Source: Anaerolineales bacterium (GTDB taxonomy: Bacteria; Chloroflexota; Anaerolineae; Anaerolineales; UBA11579). From it: 64,000 bases of DNA. Positions 26,584 through 36,278 of this stretch are shown one piece after another (position 1 is the first letter of the stretch; each line of letters opens with the position of its first letter). The notes under the pieces are model-generated. The model had not been told where the DNA came from, searched no databases, and was given only the letters and a program-made list of their open reading frames with translations. Location: assembly GCA_035291465.1 (NCBI GenBank), contig DATDRZ010000001.1:7616-71615 (forward strand). The letters run 5' to 3'. The position numbers and the translations under genes are program-made.

Positions 26584-27645
26584 TTATTCCATCGTGATTA
26601 TTTCTTTTTCCAGCGCGGACAAATCCGCTTCGATCTTAATTGGAGAGGGCATTGATTTGGCAACAATGTCGGGGTCTTTCAGGCCGTGCCCCGTGCACAC
26701 CACGACGACCGTTTTGCCCTTGATGTCAATATTGCCGGCGTGTAACTCGTTCACCAGGCCAGCCAAGCCGGCTGCCGACGCTGGTTCCACCCAGACTCCC
26801 TCTGCGGCCAGGCGGCGCTGCATGGCCAGGATCTCGTTATCGGTGGCGGCAATGATACGGCCGCCGGATTCCCGGGCGGCGTCCAGTGCCTGCTCGCCGC
26901 GGGCAGGCTTGCCAATTCGGATGGCTGTGGCGACCGTTTCCGGACGCTCAACCGGATGGCCAACCACGAGCGGCGCGGCGCCGGCAGCCTGCACGCCCAG
27001 CAGCTTTGGCAAACCGGAATCGTGTAATTGATGAAATTGTCTGAAGCCCATCCAATATGAGGTGATGTTGCCAGCGTTTCCGACTGGCAGGCACAGCCAA
27101 TCGGGCGCGCGGCCCAACGCTTCGATGATCTCAAACGCGGCGGTCTTCTGACCTTCCAGGCGATAGGGATTGAGTGAGTTCACCAGAGCGATTGGATGCC
27201 GCTCGCTAATTTCAACGACCAGGGCCAGCGCCTGGTCGAACGAACCGGCAACTTGCAGCACTTGCGCGCCATAAGCAACGGCACCGGCCAGTTTGCCCGC
27301 GGCAACCTTGCCTTCGGGGATGAGCACAATGGCGCGCAATCCGGCGCGGGCGGCGTAGGCCGCCGCGCTGGCAGCCGTGTTGCCCGTGGAGGCGCAGATC
27401 AGCGCTTTGGCCCCGCGGCCCAGCGCTTCGCTTACCGCGGCGGTCATGCCGCGGTCTTTGAAGGAACCTGTCGGGTTCAAGCCCTCGAATTTCGCATAGA
27501 GCTCTAATCCGCCGCCAAGTTCCTGGGCCAGGCGCGGCAACGTGATTAGCGGCGTTGCACCTTCGTGGAGGGAAACGAGTTGTGCATGCGGAGGCAAATC
27601 TACTAAAGCGCGATAACGCTGCAGCAGCGACTGCTTGGTAGTCAC
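26584..27645 (-). CDS. thrC: threonine synthase
   Basis: PLP motif FEGLNPTGSFKDRGMT and length 353 aa. Confidence 0.95.
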   Translation of the reverse strand: MTTKQSLLQRYRALVDLPPHAQLVSLHEGATPLITLPRLAQELGGGLELYAKFEGLNPTGSFKDRGMTAAVSEALGRGAKALICASTGNTAASAAAYAARAGLRAIVLIPEGKVAAGKLAGAVAYGAQVLQVAGSFDQALALVVEISERHPIALVNSLNPYRLEGQKTAAFEIIEALGRAPDWLCLPVGNAGNITSYWMGFRQFHQLHDSGLPKLLGVQAAGAAPLVVGHPVERPETVATAIRIGKPARGEQALDAARESGGRIIAATDNEILAMQRRLAAEGVWVEPASAAGLAGLVNELHAGNIDIKGKTVVVVCTGHGLKDPDIVAKSMPSPIKIEADLSALEKEIITME

Positions 27646-28067
27646 TCTTCGCCCAGGGTGATAAACGGCTTGATGGCTTCGAATGTAATGGGGCCGATGT
27701 CCGGCACATTCTGAATCTGCTCAATCGCTGTGAATGACCCATGCACTTGGCGATAGGCCACGATGCTCTGCGCCAGGGTCGGCCCAATGCCGGGAAGTTG
27801 ATCCAGTTCTTCGGCAGTGGCGGTGTTGATATCGAGGGGGAATGCAGCAGTCGGTACCGAGGTGGCGCTGGGCGTAGGGACAATTTCGACCACTGGCTCG
27901 GTATCAGTTGCCAGGCGAGTTGGCGCGGGAAGCAGCCGGACCGGTTCTCCTCTCCTGGGCGACGCCAGCAGCAAAATAATGCCTGCGGCGCCAAGGCCAC
28001 ACAGTACACCATAGGCAATCCACCAGGCGGGGTTCAGTGATGTGGGCTTTCCCTCTCTCTTTCTCAT
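27642..28067 (-). CDS. ComEA-like helix-hairpin-helix DNA-binding membrane protein
   Basis: N-terminal TM helix (WWIAYGVLCGLGAAGIILLL). C-terminal INTATAEELDQLPGIGPTLAQSIVAYR...IQNVPDIGPITFEAIKPFI is a tandem HhH. Its stop overlaps the thrC start by 4 nt. Confidence 0.75.
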   Translation of the reverse strand: MRKREGKPTSLNPAWWIAYGVLCGLGAAGIILLLASPRRGEPVRLLPAPTRLATDTEPVVEIVPTPSATSVPTAAFPLDINTATAEELDQLPGIGPTLAQSIVAYRQVHGSFTAIEQIQNVPDIGPITFEAIKPFITLGEE

Positions 28068-28410
28068 TGCGCGGATTATATGCGGAAACTGGAGAAGGCC
28101 ATAAATCTTGGAAGGTGTCTTATTGGCGCGGAGCGCCAAAGGCTACGTGCCACGCAGAGCGTGGCACGAATAATTGAACTCGGCGATTTAGTGCTCGATG
28201 ATCTGATTTTTACCAGTGGTCATGCATATTCATTTAATATCTCGGGATATCGCCGCAAGACAGCGGCGATTTCAGGCGTTGCGTGCGACGCTCCTACGAC
28301 ACAGGAGCTTGGGAATCAGGAAATTTGGAGATTGCTGCCAGCTCTCGGCCTACAAGCGTTTGAATTGCCATCGTATAATCTCAAAGGCCTCAATTTGTTA
28401 TAGATTAAAC

Positions 28411-30375
28411 ATGGGCTTGAATCTTACGCATAAATTGATTCGCGACCACCTGGTCTCGGGATCCATGCAACCCGGCCGGGAGATCGCCATCCGCATCGAC
28501 CAGACGCTGACGCAGGACGCCACGGGCACGTTGGTGATGCTGGAACTGGAAGCCATGGGGCTACGCCAGGCGCGCACCGAGGTCAGCGTGCAATACGTCG
28601 ATCACAATATCATCCAGGCTGATACAAAGAATCCAGACGACCATTTGTTCCTCGAAAGTGCCACTGAACGATTTGGATTGTGGTTCAGCCGGCCTGGCAA
28701 CGGGGTCAGCCATCCGGTTCACATGCAGCACTTCGCCATTCCTGGGAAGACGTTGCTGGGGTCCGACAGCCATACGCCGGCAGCAGGCGGTTTGGGCATG
28801 TTAGCCATGGGCGCCGGCGGCCTGGATGTGGCCATGGCGATTGTCGGAGAACCCTTCCATTTCAAGATGCCCAAGGTTTGGGGTATCAAGCTGACCGGTA
28901 ACCTGCCCGATTGGGTCAGCGCCAAGGATGTAGTGCTGGAAATGCTGCGCCGCCATGATGTAGACGGCGCCATCGACGTGGTCATCGAATATTACGGACC
29001 CGGCCTGTCGGAATTGGGCGCCATGGATCGCCACGTGATCGCCAACATGGGCACCGAACTGGGCGCCACGTCTACCGTGTTCCCATCTGATGAAGCGGTC
29101 AGGCAATTTATGGAAGGCTATCAGCGCGAAAAAGATTGGATCGAATTATCGTCTGACACCGACGCTGAATATGACTATGCCGAGGAGATAGATCTTTCCA
29201 GGCTTGAGCCCTTGATTGCATTGCCGAGCAGCCCTGGAAAAGTCGTTCCGGTGCGTGAGGTTGCCGGGGAAAAAATCTATCAGGCTTATATTGGCTCTTC
29301 CGCGAATCCCGGATACCGCGATTTCGCCATCGTGGCTGAAATGATGAAAGGGCGCCGTGTCCCGGATGGTGTTTCACTGGACATCAATCCGACCTCTCGC
29401 GAGCTACTCGAGGAATTGATTCGCGATAGTCACCTTATGACTTTGATTCACGCCGGCGCACGATTGCATCAGGCCGGCTGCAACGGCTGCATCGGCATGG
29501 GCCAAGCTCCGGCCACCGGCCGCAACAGTCTGCGCACGGTGCCGCGCAATTTCCCCGGCCGTTCAGGGGCCAAAGAAGATCGAGTTTTCCTATGCAGCCC
29601 GGAGACAGCGACCGCATCCGCGTTGCGCGGCGTGATCACGGATCCACGCACGCTGGATGTGGAATATCCAAAAGTGAAGGGACCGGTAAAGCGAATTGTA
29701 AACAAGGAAATGTTGAAGGCGCCGATAGTAGAAAGCGAAGCCGCGCATATCGAACTGGTTAAGGGCCCCAACATTCAATCGCTACCCGAGCTAACGCCAC
29801 TGCCAAGCAGACTCGAGATTCCCATCCTGTTGAAGGTCGGCGATGACTTATCAACGGATGAGATCCTGGCCGGTACCACTAAAGTGCTACCCTTCCGCAG
29901 CAATATCCCCATGATCAGCGATTTCAGCTTCGAGGGAATCGACCCGACCTACGTGCCTCGCGCCAAAGACCAGCGCAAGATCTCGGAACACGCCATTATC
30001 GGCGGGGATAACTATGGTCAGGGTTCCAGCCGCGAGCATGCGGCCTTAGCACCACGCTATCTGGGGTTACGAGTGTTGATCGCTAAAAGTTTTGCCCGAA
30101 TCCACAGGCAGAATCTGGTGAATTACGGTATCTTGCCACTGACCTTCAAACACCCGGCCGCTTATGATCGGCTTGAACAAGGTGACTCCATCGTGCTACC
30201 CCACCTCCACCGCCGGATGACGGATGCGGAAACAACCCGCGAATTCGAAGTCGAAGTGGCCGATAAGGATTTGCGGTTCGTTGTGCAACAAGATCTTAGC
30301 GGGCGCGAGGCTGAGGTGATTATGGCTGGCGGGTTGACGAACTGGGTGCGGAAACGAAACTTGGCCAGAACCTGA
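28411..30375 (+). CDS. aconitate hydratase (about 650-aa aconitase family)
   Basis: ATG at 28411 (MGLNLTHKLIRDHL). Contains GSDSHTPAAGGLG, the Cys ligand region AGCNGCIGMG, and swivel-domain GDNYGQGSSREHAA. Confidence 0.85.
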   Translation: MGLNLTHKLIRDHLVSGSMQPGREIAIRIDQTLTQDATGTLVMLELEAMGLRQARTEVSVQYVDHNIIQADTKNPDDHLFLESATERFGLWFSRPGNGVSHPVHMQHFAIPGKTLLGSDSHTPAAGGLGMLAMGAGGLDVAMAIVGEPFHFKMPKVWGIKLTGNLPDWVSAKDVVLEMLRRHDVDGAIDVVIEYYGPGLSELGAMDRHVIANMGTELGATSTVFPSDEAVRQFMEGYQREKDWIELSSDTDAEYDYAEEIDLSRLEPLIALPSSPGKVVPVREVAGEKIYQAYIGSSANPGYRDFAIVAEMMKGRRVPDGVSLDINPTSRELLEELIRDSHLMTLIHAGARLHQAGCNGCIGMGQAPATGRNSLRTVPRNFPGRSGAKEDRVFLCSPETATASALRGVITDPRTLDVEYPKVKGPVKRIVNKEMLKAPIVESEAAHIELVKGPNIQSLPELTPLPSRLEIPILLKVGDDLSTDEILAGTTKVLPFRSNIPMISDFSFEGIDPTYVPRAKDQRKISEHAIIGGDNYGQGSSREHAALAPRYLGLRVLIAKSFARIHRQNLVNYGILPLTFKHPAAYDRLEQGDSIVLPHLHRRMTDAETTREFEVEVADKDLRFVVQQDLSGREAEVIMAGGLTNWVRKRNLART

Positions 30376-30378
30376 CCC

Positions 30379-31095
30379 ATGACTGGGACTTTGCTTAACA
30401 TCGCCACCGTATTGATCGGCGGCACACTCGGCCTGCTGTTCGGCGCCCGGCTGCCGGACCGCGTGCGCCAGACGGTGGTCGCCGGCCTCGGCCTGTTTAC
30501 GGCCGCGATTGGCATCGATTTATTTGTGGATACGCAAAGTCCGATCCTTGTGCTGGCTTCACTGCTGTTTGGTGGAGTAGTCGGCGAGTGGGCGCGGATC
30601 GAAGCCGGGCTGGCTCGGCTGGGGGAATGGCTGCAGCAGCGTTTTGCCTCTCGGTCAAAAGGCGGCAGCGCCCGTTTTGTGCGCGGCTTTCTCACTGCGT
30701 CGCTAGTCTTCTGCGTGGGGCCGATGACCATTCTTGGTTCCATTCAGGACGGGCTAAGCGGTGATTATCAGTTGTTGGCCATAAAATCTGTGCTCGATGG
30801 ATTTGCGGCCATGGTGTTTGCCTCGACCTTGGGTATCGGCGTTCTGTTTTCGACTTTGGTGATCCTGGTCTATCAAGGCGCGTTAACCTTGCTGGCCGCC
30901 CAAGCTCAGACCGTGTTCAGCGATGCCATGATCCTCGAATTGAGCGCAACCGGAGGTGTGCTACTGCTCGGGATCGCGGTAAGCAGCTTGTTGGAGATAA
31001 AACCAATTCGTGTGGGGAACTTTTTGCCTGCCCTGATCGTCGCACCGCTAATTGTGTCCTTATTGTCTTATTTCGGAATACCTTTTTCCCCCTAA
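30379..31095 (+). CDS. DUF554-family membrane protein
   Basis: MTGTLLNIATVLIGGTLGLLFG...IQDGLSGDYQLLAIKSVLDGF pattern with multiple TM helices. Confidence 0.7.
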   Translation: MTGTLLNIATVLIGGTLGLLFGARLPDRVRQTVVAGLGLFTAAIGIDLFVDTQSPILVLASLLFGGVVGEWARIEAGLARLGEWLQQRFASRSKGGSARFVRGFLTASLVFCVGPMTILGSIQDGLSGDYQLLAIKSVLDGFAAMVFASTLGIGVLFSTLVILVYQGALTLLAAQAQTVFSDAMILELSATGGVLLLGIAVSSLLEIKPIRVGNFLPALIVAPLIVSLLSYFGIPFSP

Positions 31096-31125
31096 TTCGG
31101 AAAGGGTTTCCTTCACCATGAGCGA

Positions 31126-31165
31126 ATCAGAAAAGTGACCCGCTTCCTCAGGTCACTTTTCTGAT
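31126..31165. terminator. bidirectional terminator hairpin
   Basis: ATCAGAAAAGTGACC (31126-31140) / GGTCACTTTTCTGAT (31151-31165). This is a 15-bp perfect stem between convergent genes. Confidence 0.7.
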
Positions 31166-31167
31166 GT

Positions 31168-31866
31168 TTAGTCTGCGCCAACAGCCGCAAGAGCGTCTTC
31201 AATCATGGATTGCAGCATTGAAAGCGGTTGGGCTCCAGCAACGATCTGATCGTTAATTTGGAACGTGGGGGTGCTGTCGACACCGATAGCGCGAGCATCC
31301 AACGCGGCTTGCTCGACAGCTTGTAATTTAACATCACTGGCAACACATTCGTTATAGGCATTCATATCCAGTCCCGCAGCCTGTGCAAAGTCAGCCAGAT
31401 TACTATCGGAGTATCCGCCTGAATTTTGCGACGAAAAACTGCCGAAGACCGCGTCGTGGAACTCCCAGAACTTATTCTGCTCGGCGGCACAATAGGCCGC
31501 CTCTGTGGCCTGCACGGATTCCGGACCTAAGATGGCGAGGATTACAAATTGATAATTGATCTGACCCGTGTCCACGTATTGTTTCACAATGGCTTCTTCG
31601 GTTGTCGCCCAGGATTGACGGCAAAACGAGCATTGAAAATCTGCATATTCAATCAATGTCACCGGCGCGTCCGGATCGCCAAGCAAGGCGCCGGTTTGCG
31701 CAGACGCGTATTCTCGAATAGACGCACTCCGCACCATGTTGGACAAAATGAGCAAGCCTACGACCGCCACCGCCGCTATGCTTATATATACCAACCATCT
31801 CAATTGCCCGCGCCTCTGCTGGGCGCGGTTGCGCTCTAAGCGAGCCTGCCGCCTGCTTTGATCCAT
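31168..31866 (-). CDS. membrane-anchored DsbA-family thiol:disulfide oxidoreductase
   Basis: N-terminal TM anchor and the thioredoxin-fold motif YADFQCSFCRQ. Confidence 0.8.
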   Translation of the reverse strand: MDQSRRQARLERNRAQQRRGQLRWLVYISIAAVAVVGLLILSNMVRSASIREYASAQTGALLGDPDAPVTLIEYADFQCSFCRQSWATTEEAIVKQYVDTGQINYQFVILAILGPESVQATEAAYCAAEQNKFWEFHDAVFGSFSSQNSGGYSDSNLADFAQAAGLDMNAYNECVASDVKLQAVEQAALDARAIGVDSTPTFQINDQIVAGAQPLSMLQSMIEDALAAVGAD

Positions 31867-31883
31867 TCAGACCTTCCTTCTTT

Positions 31884-32609
31884 TTAGTAGGGTTCGCCGT
31901 ACAGCGGGATGCGCGCACCGTTGATCATTCCCGCTTCCTCGCTGCACAGGTGTAGAAGTGTAGCAGATATTTCTTCAGGGGTGGTCCAGCTTTGGTTCTT
32001 TTCGCTGGGGTTGATCTGCCGCTCATGGGCGACATCAATCATGCGCACCATCAGCAGATTCGAGGTGACTCCCGTCCCCCTGAGTTCTTGGGCCAGCGAC
32101 AGCATCAAAGCCTCCATAGCCGACTTCCCTATCGCATAAGGCGCATTATTGCCCGGTGGCCTGCTTGCACTTGGGGATGTAACGGCGAGTACGCGCCCCC
32201 AATGGTTCTTTACCATGGTCGGCACAAATGATTTGATCATTGCGTAGCCGGCATACAGATGTTGATCCAGCATGGATACCAATTCTTCCCGCTTGGTTTC
32301 GAAAACACCCTTGCCGCCAATCCAGCCGCCTACAAAGTTTAACAAGATATCGATTCCCCCGAATTTTTCCAGCAGATCGTTAGCGACCCTGTCAACTTCC
32401 TGCGGCCTGCCAAGGTCGACGGCTTTCGCAAGGGTTCGGGCGGCAGGCAGGTTTAGTTCCGCAGCCAGTTCATCGAGCTTCCCCTGATCGCGGCCAAGAA
32501 GCGCAAGTTTTGCTCCAGATTTCGCAAAAGCGGCCGTGGCAACTGAACCCAAACCGCCGGCTGCTCCGGCGATGATGACAGTCCGTTCCTCAAGCGATGC
32601 ATTGTTCAT
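31884..32609 (-). CDS. short-chain dehydrogenase/reductase (SDR)
   Basis: IIAGAAGGLGSVATAAF (TGxxxGxG-like) and catalytic YAIGKSA (YxxxK). Confidence 0.85.
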   Translation of the reverse strand: MNNASLEERTVIIAGAAGGLGSVATAAFAKSGAKLALLGRDQGKLDELAAELNLPAARTLAKAVDLGRPQEVDRVANDLLEKFGGIDILLNFVGGWIGGKGVFETKREELVSMLDQHLYAGYAMIKSFVPTMVKNHWGRVLAVTSPSASRPPGNNAPYAIGKSAMEALMLSLAQELRGTGVTSNLLMVRMIDVAHERQINPSEKNQSWTTPEEISATLLHLCSEEAGMINGARIPLYGEPY

Positions 32610-32618
32610 GAATTCACT

Positions 32619-33476
32619 CTAGATGACTTGATTCTGGTATACAGGGAAGCGCTCCCCCGTGAATTTGAATCCCAATTTCTTATAAAGCGCCAGTGATGGA
32701 GTGTTGATATCCTGCGTATTGACCGTCAGTCTATCCAGATTGCGGCCGGCCTGAGCTTGCAAGTCCTTCACCAAAGCCGTTGCCAGGCCGCGTCCCTGAT
32801 GTTGGGGATTAGTGGCCAACCTGGCGAGATGCAACCCTTGTGAACTGCGCGTACTGATTTGATATGCCACGGTTTGTCCCTCGTCCTCAATTAAGGTCGC
32901 GTACCCAGCTTGTTCAAACGCCATCTCTACCGCTTCCAGCGAGTTCTGCCACAAAGGTGCAAAGGCTGCGCGATCCACTTCGTACACCCCTTCGAGATCG
33001 AATTCTTTCATGCGGCGAATGACCGGCTGAGCGTCTTTTGCCGCTTTTTCCTTACCGCGCCAATCTAAAACCACTACGTTATGTACGTGCTGAAACCGAC
33101 TCTTGGCCAGGATCTTCAGGAACCAATCCTGTAATGGGATTGCCGCTACGGATTCTGCCTCCAATTCGACCAGATGTTCGCGCGTTTGCGGCCAAAGTGA
33201 GGCCCACGCTTCCGCGGGATCCAGGCGGGTGGCCACTGCAAAGATACGCACCCAGGCAACGCCGGGTGGGTCAGGCGGGCAGGCGAGCGCAGCGTTTAGC
33301 CTGTCACCCGATTCGAGAACAAAGTAGGGGTCGCGTCCCAGCCAATCCAAAGGCTGCCGCCAATCCAGGTGGCGGTGCACGTGGGTTTCGAAATGCAGCA
33401 GGTTGGCCAACCGGCTGCGATCCTCTTCCATTGCGGGGCGAAGGCTGAGGACGGCGGGAGCGGCCATCGCGGTCAT
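32619..33476 (-). CDS. GNAT-family N-acetyltransferase (two-domain)
   Basis: The C-terminal LATNPQHQGRGLATALVKDL...LYKKLGF is a GNAT acetyl-CoA binding pattern. The N-terminal half resembles a second, degenerate GNAT fold. Confidence 0.7.
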   Translation of the reverse strand: MTAMAAPAVLSLRPAMEEDRSRLANLLHFETHVHRHLDWRQPLDWLGRDPYFVLESGDRLNAALACPPDPPGVAWVRIFAVATRLDPAEAWASLWPQTREHLVELEAESVAAIPLQDWFLKILAKSRFQHVHNVVVLDWRGKEKAAKDAQPVIRRMKEFDLEGVYEVDRAAFAPLWQNSLEAVEMAFEQAGYATLIEDEGQTVAYQISTRSSQGLHLARLATNPQHQGRGLATALVKDLQAQAGRNLDRLTVNTQDINTPSLALYKKLGFKFTGERFPVYQNQVI

Positions 33477-33558
33477 TATAACTTGTAGTCTATTCCGATT
33501 AAAAGAAGTGAACAGTGAACAATGATCAGTGGAATAGGAAGTTCCTAATCACTGATCA

Positions 33559-35967
33559 CTATTCACCCAGGATGTGTTTGAAGAACGCCTCGACGACTGC
33601 TGGGTCGAAGTGTTTTCCTGATTGTTCTCGAAGGTAATTGCGCACTTTGTCTTTCGGCCACGCGGCGCGGTACGGGCGGTCAGAGGTCAAGGCATCCCAA
33701 ACGTCAATCGCGGCAAAGATACGCGCCTCTAGCGGGATCTGTTTTCCTTTGAGCCCCTGTGGGTAGCCAGTGCCATCCCACTTTTCATGATGGCTGGTCG
33801 GAATGGCCATGGCAGGATGTAGGAATTCGATGGGCGCCAGCATTTGGCGAGCGAATTCCGGGTGCTTGCGCATGTGCACCCATTCCTGATCATCCAGGGG
33901 TCCGGTTTTGCGCAAGATGCGATCGGGGATGCTCATTTTGCCGATATCGTGCAGCAGCGCCCCCCTGCGCACATGGACCAATTGATCGTCGCTGAACCCC
34001 AGGGCGCGGGCGAGTCTTACGGTCATGTCGGTGACGCGGCGGCTATGCTCCACGGTCTCCATATCGCGTAGGGAAAGCGCGTGCGCCCAGCCTTCGATGG
34101 TGCGTTCATAGGCTTTGCGCAGGTCCTGGTTGGATCGCTGCAGGTCTTCGAATAGTTTTGCATTATCGATGGCGATTGCTGCCTGGCCCGCCAAGGTTTG
34201 CAAGAAATCCTTCCACTCTTCATTGCGCTCTACCGGGCTTCTTTGGAAAGTTTCAAGGATACCAATCACCTTGCCTTTGGCAATCAGAGGCGTTGCGTAA
34301 TAACTGGTGAATCCCTCCGGCTTCACCATATCAAGGAATTCGGGAGGTGGCGAAACTTCCGAAATGAGAGGCGCCTCCAGCATGGCTCGATCTTTGGCCG
34401 CGCGGCCCGCCAAGCCTTGACCAAGTTTGATATTCGCCGTTTTAGCTTTTTCAGTACGGAAACCTTCACCCGCGGCAAATCTGAGAATTTGTTCCTCATC
34501 GAGGAGTAGAACACAGGCGGCATCTACCCGTAGCTCGTTGATTGCTTGGGTGGCGACGACATCCAAAGTCAAATTGATGTCGAAGCTCGAGGCAATGGCT
34601 CTATCGATTTCCCGCAGGCTGCGCAAATGTCGCAGCCGCCGCTGCGTTTGCTCAAATAATTCCGCGCGATGAATGGCATTGCCGCCAATATCGCACATGG
34701 CGCTCAGTACGTCGACATCGTGATCATCGATTGGCTCCTCACGACCGACGGCCAGGGTACCAATGACCTGGTTTTCTGCCGTAATGGGCACGATGACCAG
34801 AGCTTCCGTGGGTTCGAGGTAGCCAAATTTCACAGTTTTCGGATCGGGATGGGATCGGAATTGGTTATTGACGTAGGGTTTGCCGCTGGCAACCACTTCG
34901 CTGGTTAATCCCTGACCTTTGGGAATGACCTGGCCGACGGCAGCCGCCTGTGCACCTCTGCCCACGGCGATCAGATGATCACCGTTGTGCTCCTGAACCA
35001 GTGTGATCGTGCCCTCGGTAGTTCCGGTCGAAACCAGCGCCTGATCCAGAACGATCGGCAGCATCTCTTCGAGACTGCTGGCTGAACGCAACTTGCCGCT
35101 CACTGCGGCGACTGCCTCCAGTTCCCGCTCATGTTGCTTGCGTTCCGTGATGTCGCGCAAGATTAATTGACTGGCAGGCTGATCTTCGAAGATCAAGGGA
35201 GTGCCGGTGACCTCGACCTCGATCAATTTGCCATCCAGGCGATAGAGTTTTTCCTCCATAGGCGGGAGGCTTTTTCCTTCGATCTGAGCCCTGCGAATAC
35301 GTTCGAGCACCGCTTCTCGGTAATCCTTGTGAACAAACGACATCACATCCTTGCCAACCAGATCTTCGGATTTCGTTGCCCCCATTAATTTCATGGCCGC
35401 GGGATTTACAAATTTCACAACGCCTTGGCTATGAACGATGATCGAATCCGGCATCATGTCCACCAGTGACTGATAGCGCTCCTGACTTTCCCGCAACAAC
35501 CGGTCGGCCTCCTCGCGCTCGATGGAATGCCGAATCGAGCGAAGCAGTATTTCGCCGGTGATTTGCCCTTTGACCAAATAATCCTGGGCGCCGCTGCGCA
35601 CCGCATGGACAGCCAGGTCTACATCGTTCAAACCGCTGAGCACAATGACGGTGAATGCTTCGGCTTTCTCGTGGAAACGCGTAAAGGTTTCAAAGCCCTG
35701 GCTGTCGGGTAAACCCAAATCCAGTAAGACTGCATCTAAAGGTTTTTCGGGATCGCCAACATATTTCAAACCCTCCTTGAGGCTGGAGACATGTTCAAAT
35801 CGCAAGTTGATGTTGCCTGTATCTTTCAGCATTTCCTGGATCAGGCGTGCGTCCCCAGGGTTGTCTTCGATTAACAGCACGCGAATCGGATTTTCTTTTC
35901 GCCCTGGGGGTTCGCGGCTGGGTACCAGTTCGCCGGTGCTGCTTAAAACTCCGGTGGGTTTGGTCAT
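33559..35967 (-). CDS. response regulator receiver-PAS-GAF-GAF-HD-GYP protein (probable c-di-GMP phosphodiesterase)
   Basis: REC domain: VLLIEDNPGDARL...AVLLDLGLPDSQG. A PAS segment ends in RDITERKQHE. Two GAF-like segments follow. HD-GYP domain: LLHDIGK...HHEKWDGTGYPQGL. ATG at 35967 lies 1 nt after the stop of the upstream small ORF. Confidence 0.85.
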   Translation of the reverse strand: MTKPTGVLSSTGELVPSREPPGRKENPIRVLLIEDNPGDARLIQEMLKDTGNINLRFEHVSSLKEGLKYVGDPEKPLDAVLLDLGLPDSQGFETFTRFHEKAEAFTVIVLSGLNDVDLAVHAVRSGAQDYLVKGQITGEILLRSIRHSIEREEADRLLRESQERYQSLVDMMPDSIIVHSQGVVKFVNPAAMKLMGATKSEDLVGKDVMSFVHKDYREAVLERIRRAQIEGKSLPPMEEKLYRLDGKLIEVEVTGTPLIFEDQPASQLILRDITERKQHERELEAVAAVSGKLRSASSLEEMLPIVLDQALVSTGTTEGTITLVQEHNGDHLIAVGRGAQAAAVGQVIPKGQGLTSEVVASGKPYVNNQFRSHPDPKTVKFGYLEPTEALVIVPITAENQVIGTLAVGREEPIDDHDVDVLSAMCDIGGNAIHRAELFEQTQRRLRHLRSLREIDRAIASSFDINLTLDVVATQAINELRVDAACVLLLDEEQILRFAAGEGFRTEKAKTANIKLGQGLAGRAAKDRAMLEAPLISEVSPPPEFLDMVKPEGFTSYYATPLIAKGKVIGILETFQRSPVERNEEWKDFLQTLAGQAAIAIDNAKLFEDLQRSNQDLRKAYERTIEGWAHALSLRDMETVEHSRRVTDMTVRLARALGFSDDQLVHVRRGALLHDIGKMSIPDRILRKTGPLDDQEWVHMRKHPEFARQMLAPIEFLHPAMAIPTSHHEKWDGTGYPQGLKGKQIPLEARIFAAIDVWDALTSDRPYRAAWPKDKVRNYLREQSGKHFDPAVVEAFFKHILGE

Positions 35968-35968
35968 A

Positions 35969-36142
35969 TCACTCTTTCCCGGTGTCCCCATGAGGGAGCA
36001 AAAAACGGTCATTCAGATAAACGGAGCCGCCATCGGAAACGCGCGTGATGACAATGGCACCTGGGCAGGTTTCGACGACCACGCGAAAAGTTCTTCGCCG
36101 GGTGGTTCTGAATCTACCTGTTTCAATGAACGGCTTGATCAT
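35969..36142 (-). CDS. small hypothetical protein (57 aa)
   Basis: MIKPFIETGRFRTTRRRTFRVVVETCPGAIVITRVSDGGSVYLNDRFLLPHGDTGKE. GGTGAGG lies 11 nt upstream of the ATG. The stop abuts the next gene's ATG (TGAtATG). No recognisable family. Confidence 0.3.
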   Translation of the reverse strand: MIKPFIETGRFRTTRRRTFRVVVETCPGAIVITRVSDGGSVYLNDRFLLPHGDTGKE

Positions 36143-36278
36143 GGTTTTTATAACCTCACCCCCAGATGACAACGGGTTTGTGATGCGGGCTAGGCGAAAC
36201 TCTTAGGAGTGAGGCTTAAGTATATTTGTGTTGGCTATTTGCGAACCCACAGATTTGTTAGGGCTGCCGGGCATTTGC

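Noticed and set aside
28122-28168. Two adjacent hairpins (TTGGCGC-GGA-GCGCCAA and CGTGCCACG-CAGAG-CGTGGCACG) upstream of aconitase
   Set aside because: They sit in the divergent comEA/aconitase region and could be repeat-family hairpins. No T-run, recognisable riboswitch core or second copy in the window supports a specific call.
28216-28410. 65-aa extension at the 5' end of the aconitase ORF
   Set aside because: It has no aconitase homology. The ATG at 28411 matches the usual MxLNLTxKLI start of this aconitase family.
33507-33575. Low-complexity GTGAACAGTGAACAATGATCAGTG / CACTGATCACTATTCAC inverted repeat at the 3' end of the HD-GYP gene
   Set aside because: This is a short imperfect hairpin overlapping the stop codon. 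It fits an ordinary terminator or a common simple repeat, and only one copy is seen in the window.
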